This document shows positions 9,715 through 19,262 of a stretch of 62,607 nucleotides of DNA, piece after piece. The stretch covers positions 1 to 62,607 of the forward strand of contig JAITFQ010000103.1 of the NCBI GenBank assembly GCA_031281225.1. Reading direction: 5' to 3'. The notes beneath the pieces are model-generated. The model was not told the origin of the DNA, did no database searches, and saw only the letters and a program-made list of their open reading frames with translations. This DNA is from Chitinispirillales bacterium. GTDB taxonomy: Bacteria > Fibrobacterota > Chitinivibrionia > Chitinivibrionales > Chitinispirillaceae. How positions within the stretch are numbered: position 1 is the first letter of the stretch; the number at the start of each line of letters is the position of its first letter. The translations under genes were made by a program, and so were the position numbers.

Positions 9715-10810
9715 ATGCCCGAATCACCCGACATCACCCGCCTCCGCGAGCTTAAAACGCGAGTCGATAACCTGCGGAGGTATCTTTGACATCGACAACA
9801 GAAAAAGCCGAATAGCGCAGCTTGAGTCCGAATCCGCCCAAAACGACTTCTGGAACGACGCCGACGCCGCCCAAAAAGTGCTCAAGGAGATAAAAACGCT
9901 AAAAAAAATCGTTGAGCCGTGGGAGAAAATGGATACCGACGCAAACGACCTGCTGGAGTTCTTCGCGCTCGCGACCGAGGAAAACGACGACGCTACGCTG
10001 CTTGAGCTAACCGGCCAGGCCGACAGCCTCGAACGGGGTGTCAACCGTATGGAGTTTGTCCGCAAACTCAGCGGCCCCGACGACAGCGCCGACGTGGTCG
10101 TGACCGTCCATAGCGGCGCGGGAGGGACGGAATCGTGCGACTGGACGGAGATACTGTTCCGCATGTACCTGCGCTACATGGAGCGCAAAGGCTATACTTA
10201 TGAGATATTGGAAAGCTCCCCGGGGGAAGAGGCGGGGCTCAAAAGCGTCACTTTGGAGGTGAAGGGTGACTACGCCTACGGGCACCTGAAAGCCGAAACC
10301 GGCGTCCACCGCCTCGTGCGCATCTCCCCGTTTGACTCAAACGCGCGGAGGCACACGTCGTTTTCATCCGTCTACACATATCCGATTATGGACGAGGTCG
10401 ATAACTACGAGATCGACGAAAAGGATATACGGGTCGATACCTACCGGGCGAGCGGCGCCGGCGGCCAGCACGTAAACAAGACCGACAGCGCCGTGCGCAT
10501 GACCCACATCCCCACGGGGATAGCGGTGGCCTGCCAGACCGAACGCTCGCAAATAAAAAATCGCGCGACCGCCCTCAAACTCCTGAAAGCGAGGGTGCGC
10601 CAGCATCATAAGGAACTCGAAGAGCGCGAGCGGGAAGCCAAAATGAGCGAAAAAAAGAAGATCGAATGGGGCAGCCAGATCCGTTCTTATGTCCTGCATC
10701 CGTACAATTTAGTGAAAGATCACCGCACAGACACGGAAACGAGCAATACGCAGGCGGTGTTAGACGGGGACATCGATATGTTTATTGAGGCGTATCTGCT
10801 GTTGAATTGA
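9715..10810 (+). CDS. prfB: peptide chain release factor 2, expressed through a programmed +1 frameshift
   Basis: Frame 0 reads MPESPDITRLRELKTRVDNLRRYL and stops at TGA 9787-9789. The +1 frame continues from 9788 into the 9878..10810 ORF. RF2 motifs SPF (SPFDSNARRHTSF) and GGQ (SGAGGQHVNKTDSAVR) are present. Confidence 0.93.
9776..9790 (+). other. prfB +1 frameshift site
   Basis: GGAGG TAT CTT TGA C. This matches the canonical SD-like element, 3-nt spacer and CUU UGA C slippery/stop context known from E. coli prfB. Confidence 0.9.
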
Positions 10811-11273
10811 CGGTTTCAATCAAAAAATCAAGCGCTGCCGCGACGCTTTGCGCCCTCACTTCGTCGCGGTTTCCGTCGAATACGAACGAGCGGCTATCCG
10901 TTTGGCCGCGGCAATATACCCCTATAAATACAAGGCCGACGGGTTTTTCTCCGCTCCCGCCGCCCGGCCCGGCGATGCCGGAAACGCTTGCCGCGCAGCC
11001 GCACCCGAGCAGTTTCGCCGCGCCGGCGGCCATCTCGCAAACGACGGGGCCGCTCACCGCGCCGTGTTTTTCAAGGTTTTCCGCCGATACCCCCAAAACA
11101 TCGCGCTTTATATCATTATCATAAGCGATAACGCCCCCGCGGAAATATGACGACGAACCCGCCGACGCGGTCACGCAGCCGCCCAAAAGCCCGCCTGTGC
11201 AAGATTCGGCCACGGCGAGCGTCAGCCCTTGCCGTTTCAAAATCTCACCCAAACGCGCCGCCTGTGATTCCAT
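10782..11273 (-). CDS. pncC: CinA C-terminal domain protein / nicotinamide-nucleotide amidohydrolase (PncC-like)
   Basis: LTLAVAESCTGGLLGG and SGIAGPGGG motifs, 163 aa. Convergent 29-nt overlap with prfB. Confidence 0.85.
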   Translation of the reverse strand: MESQAARLGEILKRQGLTLAVAESCTGGLLGGCVTASAGSSSYFRGGVIAYDNDIKRDVLGVSAENLEKHGAVSGPVVCEMAAGAAKLLGCGCAASVSGIAGPGGGSGEKPVGLVFIGVYCRGQTDSRSFVFDGNRDEVRAQSVAAALDFLIETVNSTADTPQ

Positions 11274-11276
11274 AAT

Positions 11277-12305
11277 TTAGCAATTCTCCGCAATCTCAAA
11301 AATCAGCCGCTCCGACGCCTCCCACCCGAGGCAGGGATCGGTAATCGACTTTCCGTATACATCCTCGTCCGCTTTCTGCGCACCCTCTTCAAGGTAGCTC
11401 TCGATCATCAGCCCGCGCACCATCCGCGCCAGCCTGCCGTCGTGCCGCCTGCTGCGCAGAATCTCGCGGGTGATGCGCACCTGTTCACCGAAACGCTTGC
11501 CCGAGTTGTCGTGGTTGACGTCCACAAAGATTATCGGGTTTTGCATCTCGCGCTTGAGGTATGCCTCGGCCGCGCGGGTCAGATCTTCGTAATGATAGTT
11601 GGGCTTGGGCTCGCCGTGGCTGTTCACCGAGCCGCGGAGGATCAGGTGCGCGTGCGGGTTGCCGGGGGTTTCCACCTCGTAGCCGTTGTACGAAAACACG
11701 TGCGGTATCTGCGCCGCCAAAACGGAGTTCAACGCGACGCTGATGTCGCCGCTTGTCGGGTTCTTCATCCCGACCGGAATGTCGAGCCCGCTCGCCGTAA
11801 GGCGGTGCTGCTGATTTTCAACCGACCTCGCGCCCACGGCCACGTAGGAGAGCACGTCATCAAGGTAGGGGTGATTGTTCGGGTAGAGCATCTCGTCCGC
11901 CGCGCTCAGCCCCGACAGGTTGAAGGAGCGCACGTGCATCTTGCGTATCGCCGCGATCCCCTGCGCGATGTTGGGCTCTTTGAGGTGATCGGGCTGGTGC
12001 GCCATCCCCTTGTATCCCTGCCCCGTGGTTCTCGGCTTGTTTGTGTACAGCCGCGGGATGAGGATCAGCTTGCTTTTAACCTTGTGCTGCACCTCGGCAA
12101 GCCGGTGCACATACTCGCAGACGGCGTCCTCGTCGTGCGCCGAGCAAGGGCCTATCACAAGGATAAAACGGTCGTCTCTCCCCTCAAAAACCGCCTTGAT
12201 CTCCCTGTCCCGCTCCGCTTTCTTTTCAAGCAGGTGCAGAGGGAACGGTACGATCTCTTTAAGTTCCGCGGGAGTAGGTATTTTTCTGATTTCTTTGAAA
12301 CCCAT
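11277..12305 (-). CDS. aroG: 3-deoxy-7-phosphoheptulonate (DAHP) synthase, class I (AroG-like)
   Basis: VIGPCSAHD, KPRTTGQGYKGM and GKSITDPCLGWE align with my memory of E. coli AroG (VIGPCSIHD, KPRTTVGWKGL, GKSITDACIGWE). The first ATG is at 12305; a TTG lies at 12314. Confidence 0.9.
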   Translation of the reverse strand: MGFKEIRKIPTPAELKEIVPFPLHLLEKKAERDREIKAVFEGRDDRFILVIGPCSAHDEDAVCEYVHRLAEVQHKVKSKLILIPRLYTNKPRTTGQGYKGMAHQPDHLKEPNIAQGIAAIRKMHVRSFNLSGLSAADEMLYPNNHPYLDDVLSYVAVGARSVENQQHRLTASGLDIPVGMKNPTSGDISVALNSVLAAQIPHVFSYNGYEVETPGNPHAHLILRGSVNSHGEPKPNYHYEDLTRAAEAYLKREMQNPIIFVDVNHDNSGKRFGEQVRITREILRSRRHDGRLARMVRGLMIESYLEEGAQKADEDVYGKSITDPCLGWEASERLIFEIAENC

Positions 12306-12455
12306 GTCAGCCAAGACCTGTATTTGTTGGAAAAATTTTGCTTAGACAGTTAAAATAAATTATGGCGGCAAAATCAGGGGGTTTTTTAAAATTTGAATTT
12401 TTTATTTTGACTTTACCATGATTTATATTAATACCACATCCAAAAGGAAACGGTA

Positions 12456-13109
12456 ATGACAACAAAAAACAAAACAGTTTTTATGATTTTGGCCTGCTGC
12501 GTACTCCTGGCATGCAACAATCCGGCGCGGGAAGATTCGCTGCGGTGGAAAACGGCGGTGGATATACCGGTCAACCGCGTGCTTGAGTTCACCGGCGTTC
12601 CGAGCGGGACGCCGCTCGCCTCAACTGATAGCGTCCTGCTGGACATGGGCGCGGAAACCGTCCATTTCGACGCGGGCTTCTTTGACATTTTACACAGGCT
12701 TGAAGAACCCGAGGCCGGCTATCGGGTAACACTCATAAATGGAACCGACGCGAACTTCATACTGTACGGGCTCGTCTTTCGGGAAGGCGACGCGCCCGCA
12801 AGCTGGAGCGCTGAGCGGCTCTACGACGAATTGACGGGAAACTATACCCTCGGGCGCGGGCGGATAAATCTAATGGGGCCGGACGGCCTCGGCGTGCTGG
12901 CGGGGGATACAGTGGGCAAATCGATGGACAGTAGGCTGAACGGAGACCTGTGCCACCTTTTCCTGAACCATACGAGCCTGTCGTGGAGATGGGTCGCGCG
13001 GGTAAGCGGAAGCGATTATGCCGGCTTAGGCAACGCGGGCTTCCTTGATCTCCGGTCAAGGATAGAAATTTCGGGCGTAAACAGTTTTAATTCACTATTT
13101 AACTTCTAA
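12456..13109 (+). CDS. hypothetical lipoprotein
   Basis: Signal peptide with lipobox (VLLAC). No recognisable domain. First gene of a tightly spaced plus-strand cluster. Confidence 0.6.
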   Translation: MTTKNKTVFMILACCVLLACNNPAREDSLRWKTAVDIPVNRVLEFTGVPSGTPLASTDSVLLDMGAETVHFDAGFFDILHRLEEPEAGYRVTLINGTDANFILYGLVFREGDAPASWSAERLYDELTGNYTLGRGRINLMGPDGLGVLAGDTVGKSMDSRLNGDLCHLFLNHTSLSWRWVARVSGSDYAGLGNAGFLDLRSRIEISGVNSFNSLFNF

Positions 13110-13142
13110 TAACGTAGTACAAATACGGACACGGATACGGGT

Positions 13143-15248
13143 ATGGATATGAATACGAGCATGGGAAGGTACATCATCGTGGCTTTGCCGATCTTACTCC
13201 TCGCGGGCTTCGCTTTCGGCCGCGGCACAGACAACAACCCCGTGAGCACGGGGTCAACGCAGCCTATGAGCCGGGGGGCGTCCGTTTACGACGGCGGGTT
13301 CGGCAATCCGGCGCTTGTGGGGCTCAACAGGTTTCCGAGGAGCTCGCTCTCCCTGCTGCCCACGTCGGTGGCGCTGTGGAGCGACAAGCTGGCGCCGCCG
13401 TTCAACAGGTATCTTTTAACAAGCCCGCTCGACTTTGAGCGATACTTCGCCGCGTACCTGACAAATATTTTCGAAAAGAGTTTCGGGCTTGACGCCGGCA
13501 ATCAATACCTTTCCCCCGAACGAGTGTCCGAAATACTGACGGAGGAGCTGCGCGGCGGGGTAGGGATATACATCGGTGCGCAAACCTCGCCGTTTATGTT
13601 CGCAACACGCGGCTTCGCGCTCAACGTGAGAAGCTACACCGACGTTGATCTGAGGATACCGGAGGGGATGCTGCTCCCCTTTTTCTCCGAAACGGCGGGG
13701 CTCACGGCGGGTAACACCCTCGACCTGTCCAACTTCCGCGTAGACGCGGTCTGGGCTTCGGAGATAGCGGTCAAACTCGGATTTTCGACCGTGCTTCCGG
13801 TGATGCGCGACCATTTGGGACTCAACCGGGGCGCGGCGGGGGCGGGGGTGAAGCTGGTGCTCGGGCACGGGTACTTGAAGGCGGACACAGACAACAACAG
13901 CACGCTTGCCTACGATTCCGTCGAGAACAAATACGTAGCGGACGCGAGGGTCGACATTATCAGCATCGGGACGGGGCTCCACGGAGACTACTCCTTTAGC
14001 GATTCGCTCCTGTGGAAAAGGCCGATAGCGGGACAGGGGTGGGGGCTTGATTTCGGTGCGGTTTTTCACAACGATAACCACTTCGTCTCCGTCGACGTGC
14101 AGGACATAGGCATGATATTCTGGGACGGGAAACAGGTGTACAGGGCAACCCACGAGTACGAAAAGGATTTCGACATTTTCGATATAACGAATGACTTCAG
14201 GGAGATGTTTAACATCGACAGCCTTGAGCCTACGAATCAATACATGGTGACGTGGCTGCCGACGTCGTTTAACCTTGGGTACAACTATTTTTACGAAATT
14301 CCGAAAGACTGGGCCGGGCACACCCTCCTTGGCTACGTTTCGGCGGGCGGGTCTTACAGGCAGCAGATTGTACTGGGGCCGGGGAGAAATACCTTTGTGC
14401 CGCGCCTTGCGCTGGGCGCGACGGCGGGTCTCCTCGACGGCTACCTTCCCGTGCGCTACGGGCTGATACTCGGCGGGCCGGAAAGTTTGGCGTCGTCGGT
14501 GGGGATCGGGTTTGATCTCAAATACGTCTCCTTCGACGCCTCGTACAAGGCTGTCGGGGGCCCGTTCCTCATCGCGAGCAGGGGCTTTGAAGCGGCGCTG
14601 GGGCTCACTTTCAGATGGGGATGGAAGCCCCCGCGCAGGTACATCGTGGTACAGGAGCCCGAAGCGCCGGTGGTCATAGGGGCCGTAACACCTGAGCAGG
14701 ACGATCCGCCCCTGCCCGAACTGCCGGACTTCCCTGAGGAGGAGTACGTCGAGATTGTGCACGAGTACCCCAGGGTCGAGATAGTCCTGACGATGGTTGC
14801 GCCTACGGTCGAGGAGGCCGAGCAGCTCAGCACGTCGCAGCGGGCGATAAATTTCAGAACCGGCGGCTCGGACCTTACGCAGGGTTCGCACGCGGCGCTT
14901 AACGAGATAGCGGAGTTTTTGAAAAAATACCCGCACATCCGCTACGAGATACAGGGCCACACCGACTCGCAGGGCGGCGAGCGGTTCAACCTGCTGCTCT
15001 CAATGGACCGCGCAGCAGCAGTAAAGAGGTATTTGGTGTCGAAGGGCGTACCGGAAGAGAGCCTGATTGCGGTTGGCTACGGCAAGAGCAAACCGATAGC
15101 CGACAACGGTACACCGGTGGGCCGCGCGCAGAACAGGCGTGTGGAGTTTGTGCAAATACTGTCGCAGGAGCAGTACGACGCGCTCAAACAAATAGAACTT
15201 GAACTGGTCAGAAGCCTGACCGGGCAGGTACTTCAGGGAGCGAGGTAA
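13143..15248 (+). CDS. OmpA-family protein (large N-terminal beta-rich domain, Pro/Glu linker, C-terminal OmpA peptidoglycan-binding domain)
   Basis: C-terminus GHTDSQGGERFNLLLSMDRAAAVKRYLVSKGVPEESLIAVGYGKSKPIADNGTPVGRAQNRRVEF. Signal peptide at the N-terminus. Confidence 0.88.
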   Translation: MDMNTSMGRYIIVALPILLLAGFAFGRGTDNNPVSTGSTQPMSRGASVYDGGFGNPALVGLNRFPRSSLSLLPTSVALWSDKLAPPFNRYLLTSPLDFERYFAAYLTNIFEKSFGLDAGNQYLSPERVSEILTEELRGGVGIYIGAQTSPFMFATRGFALNVRSYTDVDLRIPEGMLLPFFSETAGLTAGNTLDLSNFRVDAVWASEIAVKLGFSTVLPVMRDHLGLNRGAAGAGVKLVLGHGYLKADTDNNSTLAYDSVENKYVADARVDIISIGTGLHGDYSFSDSLLWKRPIAGQGWGLDFGAVFHNDNHFVSVDVQDIGMIFWDGKQVYRATHEYEKDFDIFDITNDFREMFNIDSLEPTNQYMVTWLPTSFNLGYNYFYEIPKDWAGHTLLGYVSAGGSYRQQIVLGPGRNTFVPRLALGATAGLLDGYLPVRYGLILGGPESLASSVGIGFDLKYVSFDASYKAVGGPFLIASRGFEAALGLTFRWGWKPPRRYIVVQEPEAPVVIGAVTPEQDDPPLPELPDFPEEEYVEIVHEYPRVEIVLTMVAPTVEEAEQLSTSQRAINFRTGGSDLTQGSHAALNEIAEFLKKYPHIRYEIQGHTDSQGGERFNLLLSMDRAAAVKRYLVSKGVPEESLIAVGYGKSKPIADNGTPVGRAQNRRVEFVQILSQEQYDALKQIELELVRSLTGQVLQGAR

Positions 15249-15256
15249 CGGTAACC

Positions 15257-16141
15257 ATGCAAGCGAACAGCGCCGGCGCCGAAGAATTGATTGGGACGGA
15301 AATTTCGGGTATCACCCTATTGAGCCTGCACGGCCGGGGCCACTCCGGAATGGTTTTTATTGGGTTTCAGAAATCTTTGAAGCGTAAAATCGCCGTAAAA
15401 CTGGTTCCCAAGGGGAAGGTTACCGCGCAGTGCTTCATGGACGAGGCGGAGACCATCGCCGTGCTCAACCATCCCAACATAGTAACGGTCTTTGACGTCG
15501 GCGAATACGGTGATTTTCTGTATATCACAATGCAGCTTGTGGAGGGCGACAGTTTACAGGCGGTAATCAAGCGCCGTCTGCTCCACCCCGTCCCGTCGCA
15601 GCGTTGCCTCGACCTCCCCACAACCTTGCGCGTTATGGCGCGCACGCTCGACGCGCTCTCGTACGCGCACGGACAGGGGGTCGTCCATCAGGACGTGAAG
15701 CCGGGCAACATCCTCATTGAAAATCCGGGCGGGCGGGCGTTTCTTGTAGACTTCGGGATAGCGAGAACCGAGCTCACGGAGGATCAGTCGAAGTACATCC
15801 ACGGAACGCCGCTCTACATCGCCCCGGAGCAGGCGCAGGGCTGTGTCACCGACGCGCGGGCGGACGTGTACTCGGCCGGATCGGCGCTTTGGGAGTGCCT
15901 CGCCGGCAAGCTCCCCGTGCCGGCGCTGCCGGGCGCTAAACTCGTGGGGATAAAGGCGCGCGAGCCGGAAAATTTCTTCCAGATGACGCCGATGGAAAGC
16001 AGCGCCTGGATCGACCACGAGCTTGAGCGAATTATTTTGAAAGCAACGGCCCACGATAAGGAGCTGCGCTACGAAAGCTGCGCGGTGTTCCTCGAGGACC
16101 TTCAAAAATACGCTGAAAAAAAATTAGGAGGGAGAGTGTAA
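15257..16141 (+). CDS. Hanks-type serine/threonine protein kinase, catalytic domain only
   Basis: VAVK lysine, HQDVKPGNILI catalytic loop, DFGIAR and APEQ. 294 aa with no TM or sensor domain. Starts 8 nt after the OmpA-family stop. Confidence 0.9.
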   Translation: MQANSAGAEELIGTEISGITLLSLHGRGHSGMVFIGFQKSLKRKIAVKLVPKGKVTAQCFMDEAETIAVLNHPNIVTVFDVGEYGDFLYITMQLVEGDSLQAVIKRRLLHPVPSQRCLDLPTTLRVMARTLDALSYAHGQGVVHQDVKPGNILIENPGGRAFLVDFGIARTELTEDQSKYIHGTPLYIAPEQAQGCVTDARADVYSAGSALWECLAGKLPVPALPGAKLVGIKAREPENFFQMTPMESSAWIDHELERIILKATAHDKELRYESCAVFLEDLQKYAEKKLGGRV

Positions 16142-16142
16142 C

Positions 16143-17300
16143 ATGCAAAAGCTCGACATACACGTGACTTCCATCCCCGACCGGAAAGCTCAGGAGGCTA
16201 TCGCCGAAATTATCGCCGAAAGCCCGTCAATCTCATTAGAAACCGCGAGGATAATGGCCGAGAGGCCGCCAATACTCCTCTATCGCAACGTTGCGCCGAA
16301 AGAGGCGGAACAGTACGTCAGCAAATTAAAAAGCCTCGGCATAGGGTTTAAGCTGTCGAAAGCGGAGGAAGTCCCGGATCAGCCCGAAGAGGAGGCCGGC
16401 GGCTCCGCCCAGCCTGCCGACGACCCGATCGCCGCGCATCTGCGAACCGCGGGCACCGGCACGAGGACACACATCGAACCGCGCAACATCCACTCCGACG
16501 CGCACGCCGGCCGCACCGGCCTTGGCAACATCGAAAAAATGGAAAAGGAATCGAAAAAAAAATCGTTAAAAGCCGCGCTCATCACCGCGGCGGCTTTTAT
16601 CCTGCTCGCCCTGCTAATCCACCTGCTCCCGCAGCAAAACAGATTTGCCTCGAACACATCGTCCACACCCGCGAGAGCGGCGGCGGCGCAGAACGAAAAC
16701 CGCGCGGGCGAACACGCCCAAACCGCGCCGCAGCAAAACCAGCAAACCGCCCCACAAAGCAAGGACAGGCTGCGCCGCGAGATAAGCAATACGCAAAGAC
16801 AGCAGTCAAACGCCTACGTAGACTCAGCGAGAACATGCGGCAGCGGGAATATGGAGAGGTGCATCGCGTTCTACAGAACCGCCATATCGTTCAACCGCTT
16901 CAACCTCGCCGCGTGGCAAGGACTCTTGCAGGCGTACCGCGATTCACAGATGGCAAACGAGGCCCTTGAGACCAAAGTGCAGATGAAAGAACTGTTTGGC
17001 GAAGAGGTAATGTCCGTCACCTCGCTCGTCGAAGCGTTCGGAGAGGTTGTAGACGCCTATCTCAACGACGAGGGGGCGTACAGGGTAGAATACAAAACCC
17101 AAAGGCGCAGCAAGGACGACGTGCTGCGGGAGGTTTTCAACATGACGCGCGCGGTGCGCACCGCCTGCAACTGCCAAAACATATCCATTTTCGCCTCAAC
17201 CGGAGCGGGGCGCGGACTGCTGGCGCATAGCACGCCGCAGACATCCGTGCACACGCTGGCGGGATTTATGAGGCAGGCGGAGATCGTCTGGCTGGAATGA
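16143..17300 (+). CDS. hypothetical single-pass membrane protein (L7/L12-CTD-like N-terminal module, TM helix, Gln-rich tract, TPR-like C-terminus)
   Basis: Its ATG lies 1 nt after the kinase stop. N-terminus AIAEIIAESPSISLETARIMAERPPILLYRNVAPKEAEQYVSKLKSLGIGFKL. TM helix ALITAAAFILLALLIHLL. Low-complexity QNQQTAPQ region. Confidence 0.6.
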   Translation: MQKLDIHVTSIPDRKAQEAIAEIIAESPSISLETARIMAERPPILLYRNVAPKEAEQYVSKLKSLGIGFKLSKAEEVPDQPEEEAGGSAQPADDPIAAHLRTAGTGTRTHIEPRNIHSDAHAGRTGLGNIEKMEKESKKKSLKAALITAAAFILLALLIHLLPQQNRFASNTSSTPARAAAAQNENRAGEHAQTAPQQNQQTAPQSKDRLRREISNTQRQQSNAYVDSARTCGSGNMERCIAFYRTAISFNRFNLAAWQGLLQAYRDSQMANEALETKVQMKELFGEEVMSVTSLVEAFGEVVDAYLNDEGAYRVEYKTQRRSKDDVLREVFNMTRAVRTACNCQNISIFASTGAGRGLLAHSTPQTSVHTLAGFMRQAEIVWLE

Positions 17301-17306
17301 TTGATT

Positions 17307-18170
17307 TCATTCCATAAAAAAATCAAGTATCGACGACGCCGTCTGATTCAGCGCCGCGTCGTAGCGCGGGTCGTCGCAGTACACCTGGCAGAGCTCGACT
17401 ATCACTAGAAAATCAACCCGCGTAAACCCGCCCTTGCCGCGCAATTTTTCGATAACCGCTTCGAGGCTGTCGTAAAAAAACACCACCCGGCCCCGCTCCT
17501 CCACACTGTCGGCCTCGTCAATAAGCAGCTCCGCGAGTTTGGCGAGCTCTTTTTTCTCCTGAGCGGAAAATTCAACGTCAAGCACCTCCCGCGCCGCCCT
17601 TTCGGAAAATTTCATGTCGTTTATGTTGAACGATTTGAGCCGCCCGAGAGCGTCTGTACGGCGGAGGAAATACTGCCCGTCCTCGCCGGGCTCAAAATGC
17701 TCGTGGATCAGCGAGAGCGCCTGACCGAGGGCGCTCATCACCTTCTGGTCTTCAATAAACGGTGCGGGGGTCAGGAGCTCCCCCACGCGGGAACGCGGCG
17801 GCTCTTCGTCCCTGTAAACGTAGATGTCGTACTTCTCCGCGTCCTCTTGCTTTTTTATGAAGTAGGGGATTTTGCTGTCGTTCAGTATGGAGTTGGCTAT
17901 CAACACGTCAGATTTTGAGAAATAGCACTCGAGCGGGTGAAAGTCGTCGCGAGAGAGGGACGCCACGGCGGCGGCGGCAGCGGCGATGGCCATCTCCGTG
18001 CGTTCATTCGCGTTTACGGTAGTGTCGAGGTTGCGTCGGGCTATCTCCTCCTCGAAGATTTTGAACGCTTCTTCGGTGTATTCATCACGCATTGTGTGAT
18101 AAATATTTAATAATTTTTCGTCGGAAAAATCTTGTACGGTTTCGCGTAGATTGTTCATTTTGAGCTCCAT
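17307..18170 (-). CDS. hypothetical protein (287 aa)
   Basis: Start taken at MELKMNNL (ATG 18170), which overlaps the upstream stop as TAATG. The Arg-rich extension to 18446 lies inside the upstream gene and is discarded. A segment LIANSILNDSKIPYFIKKQ vaguely resembles DUF2007. Confidence 0.6.
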   Translation of the reverse strand: MELKMNNLRETVQDFSDEKLLNIYHTMRDEYTEEAFKIFEEEIARRNLDTTVNANERTEMAIAAAAAAVASLSRDDFHPLECYFSKSDVLIANSILNDSKIPYFIKKQEDAEKYDIYVYRDEEPPRSRVGELLTPAPFIEDQKVMSALGQALSLIHEHFEPGEDGQYFLRRTDALGRLKSFNINDMKFSERAAREVLDVEFSAQEKKELAKLAELLIDEADSVEERGRVVFFYDSLEAVIEKLRGKGGFTRVDFLVIVELCQVYCDDPRYDAALNQTASSILDFFME

Positions 18171-18973
18171 TACATTTTTTTGAAAAATCTTATTGCCGTG
18201 TCCACGTTGTCCATGTCGACGCAAGTGTTGACGCATGGGCCATGGTGGCGGTCGTTTATTACACCGTAGACGGGGACGGGGTGGACGTCTTGTATGCCTA
18301 ACGTTAAGTCGCGTTCGCAGGCTACGGCTATTATGCCTTGGGGGCGCCACATTGCCACGCGTTTGCGGGCCAGGGTGCCGCCGTTTACCACCTCTATTTT
18401 CAGGTCGTGCTTCTCGCCGATTTGTACGAAACTGCCGACTGGGCATTTTTCGCAGCGCACACAGTTGTTGATGTCGTTTGTGATCTTCCGGTTGCAGACG
18501 TCAACTTGCAGGCAGTGCGGGAGCAGCACGAGTATCCGGTTCCCTTTTATCCTTTTTGACTGGGCGATTGTGAGCGAATTGTTCACCTTTACAAACGACG
18601 CCATGAGCTTCGCGCGGTCAAACCGTACCAGTTTCGCGAGGAATACGGCGATGGGAAAGAGCAGCTTGACGGTCACCGAACGCTTGCCGTGCGGGTACAG
18701 CAGGTCGGCGCCGGTCAGCGAGGTGACGGTGATAAGCGTCAAGCCGCCGCCGAGGACGGCAAAAAACGCGCCCGCCGCCGCGAAGACGGTGTAGAGCAGG
18801 TTCAGGCTTATGGTTTCAAGCCGCGGGTAAACCAGATACAGGAGCAGCGCTTCCGCGGCGGCTACGAGTGTCAGGCTTATCCAGCAGAACGAAAGGAACG
18901 GGAACTTGCTCCACGCCGCGGACGCCTGTACGCCTGTGGCGGCGGAAGCCGGCGCTGTCACGGTATTGGTCAC
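18170..18973 (-). CDS. DUF116-like membrane protein with Cys cluster
   Basis: Three or four N-terminal TM helices, then LLPHCLQVDVCNRK...CVRCEKCPVG...IIAVACERDL, as I remember for DUF116. GTG start overlaps the NifU-like stop (GTGA). Confidence 0.55.
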   Translation of the reverse strand: MTNTVTAPASAATGVQASAAWSKFPFLSFCWISLTLVAAAEALLLYLVYPRLETISLNLLYTVFAAAGAFFAVLGGGLTLITVTSLTGADLLYPHGKRSVTVKLLFPIAVFLAKLVRFDRAKLMASFVKVNNSLTIAQSKRIKGNRILVLLPHCLQVDVCNRKITNDINNCVRCEKCPVGSFVQIGEKHDLKIEVVNGGTLARKRVAMWRPQGIIAVACERDLTLGIQDVHPVPVYGVINDRHHGPCVNTCVDMDNVDTAIRFFKKM

Positions 18974-19194
18974 TTGACGTTCTCTACCCGCACAATTTCA
19001 GGGACTTTTTCCTTGATAACCCGCTCCACGCCCATTTTGAGCGTCATGGCCGCCCCGGGGCATCCGGCGCAGGCGCCGCGCAGGCGCACCTGTACGACGT
19101 TGTCCTCGGTAACGCCGACAAATTCAATGTCACCGCCGTCTGCTTGGAGGCGCGGGCGGATTTCGCTGATAGCTTCTTCAATTTTGTCGTGCAT
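18970..19194 (-). CDS. NifU-like (Nfu-type) Fe-S cluster domain protein
   Basis: IRPRLQADGGDIEFVGV...VQVRLRGACAGCPGAAMTLKMGVERVIKEKVPEI, with the CxxC of the NifU C-terminal domain. Confidence 0.85.
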   Translation of the reverse strand: MHDKIEEAISEIRPRLQADGGDIEFVGVTEDNVVQVRLRGACAGCPGAAMTLKMGVERVIKEKVPEIVRVENVK

Positions 19195-19262
19195 GATAAT
19201 AATGCCCTTTCTTTATTTCGTGAAAATTTTTATAGAACATAAATATACAAATTGTACCGGTA

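Noticed and set aside
13416-14960. 514-aa ORF antisense to the OmpA-family gene
   Set aside because: Arg/Pro-rich, low-complexity translation typical of shadow ORFs in GC-rich DNA. The sense strand carries clear OmpA motifs.
17307-18446. 379-aa version of the gene with an Arg-rich N-terminal extension
   Set aside because: The extension (18171-18446) lies inside the DUF116-like gene and is a poly-basic shadow sequence. The TAATG-coupled ATG at 18170 is the natural start.
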